Positions 48,901 through 57,900 of a DNA stretch of 64,000 nucleotides are shown in pieces. The stretch is from Nemertoderma westbladi. Lineage: Eukaryota > Animalia > Xenacoelomorpha. Both the position numbers and the translations under genes were made by a program. The notes under the pieces were generated by a model. It saw only the letters and a list, made by a program, of their open reading frames with translations. It had not been told where the DNA came from and searched no databases. The stretch spans positions 1-64,000 of the forward strand of contig JAUCBJ010007533.1 of assembly GCA_032718475.1 (NCBI GenBank). Direction: 5' to 3'. Every line of letters starts with the position of its first letter. Within the stretch, counting starts at the first letter, position 1.

Positions 48901-51900
48901 TCTTCCCTAAACTTTCCCCAGTCCATCGGTTTGTGGCATACGAGCCCCAATAATTGGCCCATCGCCACCGCCCCGCTTTGGCCTGAGTTCTCGACCACCT
49001 CCAATCCATCCGGTGCCGTCATAGCCATAAAGACTTTCTGCATATCCAGGAGGTTGGTGGCGTCCGGACCGATGATCCTCTCCGCGTCCTCGCGAATCGC
49101 CGATCCCACTTTCGTCGTCGACTTCTCTCTTACTAAGACCTGTACCGCTTTCGGCAGTCGGTCTAATTTCGGCCCGTCCTTCTTCCCATACGTCCCTAGG
49201 TCGAATAAGAAGATGTCCCCATTTGGCGCTGCCAAATGCAAGAGTATGGTCCTGGCCGACCCTGCCGTTCCTCGTCTCGAACCCGCTTCGTCTTCCACGG
49301 TTCCCTCGTCATCTAGGATCATATATCCTCCTCTGTTGACGGACTCTATGAATCTTTTCCAGTCCTTCCTCGGCGATTCCCTCGGATACTTCGGAATCCC
49401 GAACTTCGCCTCGTCTCCTTTCACCACGTAGTGGAAGTGTTGGAAGATCGTGTTGTCCAGCGACGGCATCCCGTAGGTCCCGACCAACCGCTGTTCGTGC
49501 GCCTCCCGGAAGTGATCCTGCAGCGCTCGTGCCGCGTGACCCCTTTCCAACCTCTCGTAGTATCCTCTCGTCTTCTCCTCCGGGTGTCTTTCGGTGAAAT
49601 CCACCAATATTTCTTTTCCTCCTGACTCCGCCTTTCTCTTCCTGATCAGCTTACTCGCCATTCCGAACACTACACTCGCTCACCTGCAGGGTGGTGCCTT
49701 ACCAAGGCGCAATACAGATGAGTGATGTATTAAGATGTTTCGTACAGTTCGATAATGGCCTACTTTTCTACTTAACTGCGCCTTTCAAGCTTAATTTAAT
49801 CTAATTAATTTCGGAGCTAGTAAATCAGCCTAATTTACAATTTCCGTCCGTTACTTTTATTATGTTCTAGAACGACTTTCCTTGTGTTACCACTATTTTC
49901 CGATTTTAGCCCTATTCTATTTATTTATTTATTTTGCTTTGATTCTACTGTCCTACTACTTACTACTGCCTATGGATTTATTCTATTCTCTGATCCATAT
50001 TCTGGCCTACTCTGTGGGCCTATGCAGCACAGCAGTATGCGTCGTGTGGCCACACGATTTATCCAGCTGTACTCATATGCCCCCCTCTCGCTACTAACTC
50101 TACTTACTGCTAACTAATATCTATATCCTATTTTACCCCTTTTACCTCTTACTCTCTCTCTCTAACTAATGGTACTACGTACCCTCTAACTCTAACTCTA
50201 TCGGTACTACCTACCCTCTAACTCTAACTCTAACTAGGCATTACGTACCCTCTAACTCTCTAACTATCGGTACTACGTACCCTCTAACTCTAACTCTAAC
50301 TAGGTACCACGTACCTACTAACTCTAACTCTATCGGTACTACGTACCCTCTAACTCTAACTCTAACTAGGTACTACGTACCTACTAACTCTAACTCTAAC
50401 TAGGTACTACGTACCTACTAACTCTAACTAACTATTGGTACTACGTACCTACTAACTAACTAACTCTAGGTACTACGTACCTACTAACTAACTAACTCTA
50501 GGTACTACATACCTACTAACTCTCTAACTCTAGGTACTACGTACCTACTAACTAACTAACTCTAGGTACTACGTACCTACTAACTAACTAACTTTAGGTA
50601 CTACGTACCTACTGACTTACTAACTCTAGGTACTACGTACCTACTAACTAACTAACTTTTATTTTTATTTTTTATTTTATTTTATTTGTGTGGGAAGGGC
50701 GTCTCGCCCTCAATCCCACCCCCCTCAGTCCAAAACTTGGACGACTAAACTTCACTCTAACTCCGCTCTAAGGTGCTCATTCTAAGAGACAGGTAACACC
50801 TCTGCCCGCACCTTTTACGGATCTAACTCTTCCATCCCAGTCCAACCTGTTGGACAACTCAGCGACCCAAGGGGTGATTCCTCCAGCAGGCAACTCTCCC
50901 ACTGCCCCCCTATAGGTTCTCTAATTCTTCGCTCCGCTCTCCTTGTCAATTCGATAGGTGGTCTTTTCTCCTGTTTTGGCAAATGCTGTCTCCTATTTAT
51001 GTTTCTGATCTCGTGGTCGTCCCTTGGCGGCAAAGTGCCACCCTTCAACGTGTCACTCGGCGGTATAATGCCGCCCCTGTTCTTCTCCTTAATTTTAGAT
51101 GCCACCTCTGTTGGCCTCCCCCTTAATATGTGTGCTGGCATTAAAGGCTTCAACGACCCCCGTTCGTCCTTCGGTATACACGATGTCTGCCCATGTAATG
51201 CCCCCTCGCACTCTGTCAGTTCCGCGTGCGTACGCAGCACGCCTCCTACTCTCCCGCCTCCTTTGTCCACCATATGTTTATTCATGGGCTTCTCTGCCCC
51301 CGGTCTGATCGTCTCACATCTTCTCCCTTTCCATCTTGTATTCTTACTCGGCTTCCCCCTTGTCGGTATGCCTCTCAACCGGACCGGCGTCTCTTCCGGA
51401 CGCTCCTCTGGACACTCCACCGGACACTTCTCCGGTTTGTCCTCCCGACACTCCACCGTCCGCTCCTCTCCATCTCCATACCGATACTTGCTGGGACCCT
51501 TATTCCAACCCATCGCCTCTAGGTCTTCCGCATCCATACCATTCTCCTCCGCCCACTCTCTTGGTGTTGCTTCTACTTCTAGCTGTCTACCACTATTGCC
51601 CATCTCTGGCCTCTCCTCTATTTCGTCAGTTCCTGGCATCATGCATCCTGAGCTCTCGGACACATGGAATGGTATATTACTCTTAATTGGGCCTGTCAGT
51701 GTCCACCCGAATGGTGTTAATATTGCCACCGGGTCACTCTGCTTGTCTTCGCCGAAGACCGTTTGCATTCTCTCGTGGGCTGTTGGGCAGTCCATGCCTA
51801 CTATGATGGATACCTTCCTAACGTCCACGTCTGGGATTGAGAAGTCAATGTTGTCCAGGAATTTGTATTGCTCGACCTCGATGTTGGTTGGCCGCCTGGC

Positions 51901-54900
51901 ATTGATGTTAATTGACTCTATTACTTGGATGGGGTCGATGGTTGCCCCATAATCGCATCCTGGTGCCACTGCTGCAATTGCGCACCGTCCTGTCCTCATC
52001 TCTAGGATCTCGTCTTTGCTAGAGATGGTTGTCACCGCCATCCTGCTTGGCCTCGTTCTCAACCCTATTTCTTCGGCTACCCATTCCTCAACTAATGTGA
52101 AGGCAGCTCCACTATCAACCAGCATTAGTGTTGTTACTGATCGATTGCCTTCCCCGATCACTCGTACTGGTACTACTCCAAGTAGCACTGTTCCTCCCTT
52201 CTTCGCCCCTACCGTGCTCGTTGCCATCGTCTGGCCTCTCCTTTGGCCAAACTTGACCGGCTTCTCTTGGCATTCCCTGGCCTTGTGTCCACTCTTTACA
52301 CATCGCGAGCAGATTTTATTGCTCGACGCGTAATCTATCTGGTCTTGCCTCGGTAGCGCCTGCCAGTACCTGCAGTTCATGGTTTTATGAAGCGCATTTG
52401 CGTGTAACTGGCATTTGCTCTTTGGGTCATAGCCCTCTTTATACAATGCATTGCGTATCGCAGTTATATTCGTACCAAAGTCCCTACTATTCTTATTGAC
52501 TGGGTTTGACCTACTGGACGTACTGGGGTTATGTTTATTCATGTTGTTATTGTTCCCCTGTCCGTCCCTTGATGTTGTCTTATCTTCGCTTGTCTGTGGA
52601 CTTGCAGTCCCCTGCGTCGCTGCATATGGCAATGATTGCCTGAGTCTCGGTAACGCGTTCGATGTATTGTGCTCTGGTTTGGGCCTGTAGTGATCTGTCT
52701 TTGGTCCCTTTCCCAGGCTATCTTCACTATAGACTGGGTCCGTTATTAGTTCAGCCTCGTAATTTAAGAAGTTTGACATTTCTTCTAAACCTGGTTCCGC
52801 ACCCTTCTTGTCTCGGGTGGAGAAAGCGATCTTCCTCCATTTGTTGCGCAGCCAGCTCGGTAGTGCCTGCGCTATCGTGGTGATGTTATTGGACGCGTTG
52901 AGCTCGTATGGCGCGTCTAGCGTCTTCAGCACGATCAGCGCCTTCTCGACTTTGTTAGCAAACGTCTTAATGCTAACGGGATTATCCTGTAGGCCACCCG
53001 ATGTTATGCCTCTCAGCGTTTGCCTGATGATCTTGGCCGGGTGCCCGTATTCCCTATCCAGTGCCCGCCATGCTGTCGTGAAGCCGCCCTCTATTCCCTG
53101 ATATTGCCTCACGATGTCGTATGCTGGGCCTCCCGTGTACACTTGTAGATACTTTAGGCACTCCGCCTGCGTCAAGTTTTTTGTTAGTATTTCGTTACTA
53201 TACATTCGCCGAAACTGTAAGTATTCTTCCGGCCTGCTCCCATCGAATTTGAACGGTTCCACGGGTGGTAATTCGATCCTCGTTTTCAACGCATCGATCA
53301 ACGTGGCCATCCCCATTGCCTGCGCTTCTAATGGATTCGACGGGTGCTGTATAGTTTCCCCTGTCTGGTGCGGTTCGTCCGTTCTATTTCTTGATCTTCT
53401 CTGACTCGGATATGTCATCGGGGGTAGCGGCCCCCTCCATATGTCTGTATCACACGACCTGTTTTCATCTAGGGGTCTCGTTGTTCTTGTTCCTGTCGGG
53501 GTATATTGTTGATATTGTGATGGGGGAATGTCACCCTGTCCCCCCCCCCACCGGTATGTCTGGTACTGGGGTTGATGTTAATATGTTGGGGCCCATACAC
53601 CTATCCGCAATAATTCCCCCCTCCCCTGGGTATATGTTATGTCCCTGCATGCTGTAGTCATACTGCTGTGCTGGTACCGGTATAGGCCTATCAGCTTCTG
53701 GCCTACTCGCCGGTATGTATTCCGCGACTTCCGGGTTTAATCCCGTTGTCCGCGCTATCCTATCGCCTACATTGCCTCTCTCAGTATGGCCTACGGTATG
53801 TGCAGTAAGACCTACAGTATGCCCTACAGTCTGCATGTGTTGCTCGGGATCGAAGTTTATTCTTCTCGAATAATCCTCCCCGCGGCTACCGTATTCTCGA
53901 TCGGTAGGTATATTCCGTCGGAAAGTTTCTCTTCGACCCCCCTCTCCACTGTTTTCATCTTCGTACCGGTACATCGCGTACCCCTCTCTCGGCGTGTAAT
54001 GCGTCTCATCGGATCGCATCCCTCCGGGGCGACGGCAATCTCCCGGAGTCCGACCCCACTGACTCTCCGTTCTCATCTCGACTACCGACGGCTCGCTGTC
54101 CGTCCTCGCTCTTCTATCTTTTGCGGCGATACTTCTACTACTCTCTTCCTCTCTTCTCCTATCAGTGGAATATTCCCGCTCACGAGATCTCTCGTCGACC
54201 TCCCGGTTAAACCCCACTGTTCTTCTTTCCTCCTCTGATCGGGCTCGACGCTCCGTCTGCCCTCCCGCGACGTCAACCTGTCTTTCTCTGCTCGATCGCA
54301 CGTCGCTGGGGATACTCGCAATCCCCCTATTACTTTCCGTCGCCGGTTGTTGCGGTTTACCTTGTTCGGCCCTCGCATTGTCCGCTGACGGCTGTGGGAC
54401 ACTCTCTGCCCCCCCCTCTCGCCGCTAACTTTCTGTTGTGGGGTGCTCGTAGCCCCCCCCCACTCGCTACATCTAACTTCGCTACCTCTCTCCCCACTAT
54501 TATATACCTCTCTAGTCGACACATCGACCCTACTGCGGTCGGGCCCATTCACCCCCGCCTCTCCCTCTGCTATTGCGTGGCCTTCCAGGCCCTCTGCTCC
54601 CTGCCTACCAACTACGTGGCCTACCAGGCCCTCTGCTTCCTGTCTACTAACTACGTGGCCTACCAGGCCCTCTGCTCCCTGTCTACTAACTACGCGGCCT
54701 ACCAGGCCCTCTGCTCCCTGGTTACGTAGGCCCGACGTGTTTACATTAATAGCACCCATATTAGAAACGGAATTAATTTGCTCGCCTGAAACAAAACCAT
54801 TTGCATTACTCTGCGCGACCACGTTGACTGAATTATTCTGTAAATTCGGGCTAAGATCATTATTTAAATTATTCGAATTATTCTGTGTAATTGCGTTATT

Positions 54901-57900
54901 TAAGTTATTTTGTAGGTCCGAATTCGGATTATTATTTTGATTATTTGAATTATTTTGCGTAACTACATCAACATTAGGATTATTTTCTACATTAGTACTT
55001 GGGACTGTTCTGATTTAAATTTAAGTTACTACCACCAGGCAAAGTATTTCCTGCAATAAAGGTTTGATTAGCGTTATCCCATACGGTACTATTAATATCA
55101 ACAACGTCTACTGTACCATCATTATTATTACCCCCCCCCCCGCCCGTACGGTCACACCAGTTTTGGGTCTGTCGTGCGGTCCCTGTCAGTGGGGTATTAA
55201 TAAACGTGTCTACGGCCCCTGGCTCCTCAAAAATACTCGAGCCGGCCCCGCTTTCAGACGGCAACGCTCGGACCAGTTCCAGCTCGTGCGCCCGTCTAAT
55301 CTTATTTTTCGCCGATTCACCTTGGCGCTTCTCTAAATCCCTTAGCTCTTGCTCAGCCTTTGCCCCTCTCTTCTCACTCTCCTGACTGTCCCGTCTGGCC
55401 GACTCTACCACACTCCTAGCGATCTCCCTTCGCCTCGCCTCACGCTCCTTACGTTCCTTTTCCTTTCTCGCCTCATATTCCTTGCGTTCCGCCTCACGCT
55501 CTTTGCGTTCCTTTTCCTTTCTCGCCTCATATTCCTTGCGTTCCGCCTCACGCTCTTTGCGTTCCTTTTCCTCCCTAGCCTCACGCTCTCTACACTCCTT
55601 TTCCTCTATTTCGTCACTCTCCCTAAGGCTCCTCAAAGCCCTTTCGAGCCTCTCTCCGTTCTCTTTAATCAATGCCGCTTCCCTCGCTAACCGCGCTCTC
55701 CCCTCCTCTAACCGTTCCTCCATTTCCTTCTGACCTTGCTCTGCCACGTCGAGACGGTATGCGGCACCTACCTCTCTCACCACTCTTTCTTTCGCGGAGG
55801 ATGTAACAGACTTATCGGTTACGACGGACTTCCCCCGCCTTCCCGACCTACTAACTTTCTCCCCCTTCCCGGAGCTTTCTCCGACCGACGAGGCCGAATC
55901 CTCGGGGTTAACCTCGGATTCGCCCCCTTCGAGTCCCCTCCAACCCACTGGTTTTACTCCCCGGGCATCGACCAAGTATGGCCCTATGTACACTGGCGCT
56001 ACACTAGGTTCCATACTCCCACACTCCCATAGTTCAAACAGTTCGCCGGCTATCCTTTCTGCTCTCTCCCCGGCCAGTTCTCTCTGCCCAAAACGTATTA
56101 GGTAATTTAAGTGTTTATCCGACTCACCTAGTCGCTTTCTCAGTCTCACCTCGTCTACCTTCGCCCCTTCCTTCTTGGCGTCGTTTATCAGCTTCCGGGT
56201 CGCGTTGTAGGCCCGTCGAAGTCGCTCAGAAACCCCGACGTCCTCGTCGCCGACCTCTCCTCCGTCCCTCCGGGTCCGACGTCGTACCGGCGGCTCCACC
56301 GTCGCCGTTCCGGTGGGCCGTCCGTCGCCCTCGGCCTGTAGCTGGCCGGCGACATCGGTACCGATCTCTCCTCCGTCTCTTCGTGTCCGGCGTCGCACCG
56401 TCGGCCCCACCGTCGCCGTTTCGGTGGGCCGCCCGTCGCCCTCGGCCTGTAGCTGGCCGGCGACATCGGCGCGCCGTTCTCCCTCTCGTGTCGACTCATC
56501 TCCTTCTCCCTCCGTCTCGCTCTCTCTCTCTCTTGGCTCGACTTCGGGTTCCAGGCCCCCCTCGTCCTGTGCTTCCGGTTCGCCCGTTATCGATGGCTCC
56601 GGCGTCGTGGGCCTGTATCGTTTGGTCGCGGCCTCGCGGATCGTTAGGTCTTCGTCCGGGGTCCGCGGTGGCGTCTCGCCCGACTCACTCATCTCGTCTG
56701 GTGGCTGATGGTTCGGCTAGCTAGGGTGGAGTTCTTTGTGTTTAACTGGGGCGGCAGCTCGTCTTTAGTTACTGAGTTTAGCTGGGGAAGCAACACCGAT
56801 TTAGTTACTGTGACGGGATCCAGGAGGGATCCCGATTTATCCGGTGTGGTATTTAGTCCACGCGTCCCCGCCGTGTATAAGAGTGAAATAAAGATAACTG
56901 AGTTCTGAAGTTCGGTGTATAATAAGAGGTTATAAGATATAGATATATTGTGAATGTGTACAAGGCGGGATACGGTAACTAAAGTCCCGTGATCCCCTAA
57001 CTAAACTAATTGGCTGTACCCTACGCTAGCACTGCTGCACTGAGATAACTGAATCACTGATTAATAGGTTATTGGTTATATTGCACGGTGGCCTTACTGC
57101 TACTCAATCGATGCCATTCCCCCCTCTGATTGGTTAATACCCTTGTTGGCGCCCCGTGGAGTATTCCCGTTCACTCCACCTGTTCTCTCTGGGTTAGGGG
57201 TTTGGCCCCTGACCCTCTATTGTGTGCTTCCTTCCCACTCTTCATTGGGATTGGCACGAGTTGGTTAATTGCCCAATCTCGTGGCTCCCAATATTGCTTA
57301 TCGGCTAATAACTTTATGGGGTGTTGGCGGGATTGAATAAGCTAACAGTCCAGTAATTGGGTTGGCCTAGCTACTCTCTCCTTTGACGCCTATTCGTTCA
57401 CTAACTATCAGTCCAGTAATTGGGTTGGCCTACCTACTCTCTCCTTTGACGCCTATTCGTTCACTAACTATCAATAATATTTAATGGAAGTGTGAACATT
57501 AAAGTTTTATCAATTTATGCTACCGGTACTTGTATTTTTCGTGCCAAATTGGCACATATCCAAAAATGCCACAATGAATCGGATATGATATGATATGAGT
57601 GTCATATTCATGATCATCATCCCGGAATGCCCCTAGTGCCATAATATTAGTTTGATTTGTGGTGATTTTTCATTATCATATTTGCACTACTTGTTTTTTT
57701 CGTGCCCCGGGCCACATTCAAAATTACTAGAAATTTTATTGTATGTTTTGTCTGAGTTCTATAATCGTGATCAGCATCTAAAAAAAACCTTTATATACCG
57801 CAAATAAATTAATTTTATCGAGCTATTAAAACTTTTGAAGACGTTTTCGCGCGAAAATTACTGGAGATGAGTGCCAGAAGGAGACAACACGAAAACTAAC

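Larger units (their letters stand above)
45878..57347 (-). mobile_element. BEL/Pao LTR retrotransposon, element 2: young, RT-less, carrying an accessory exonuclease gene
   Basis: LTRs 45878-46414 and 56809-57347 (about 4 differences by eye), TG..CA, TSD GTCCA (45873-45877, 57348-57352), PPT 46415-46423, gag-PR closely related to element 1. Confidence 0.96.

Noticed and set aside
47126-49670. env gene at the canonical third-ORF position
   Set aside because: No signal peptide or transmembrane anchor; motifs indicate an exonuclease and zinc knuckles
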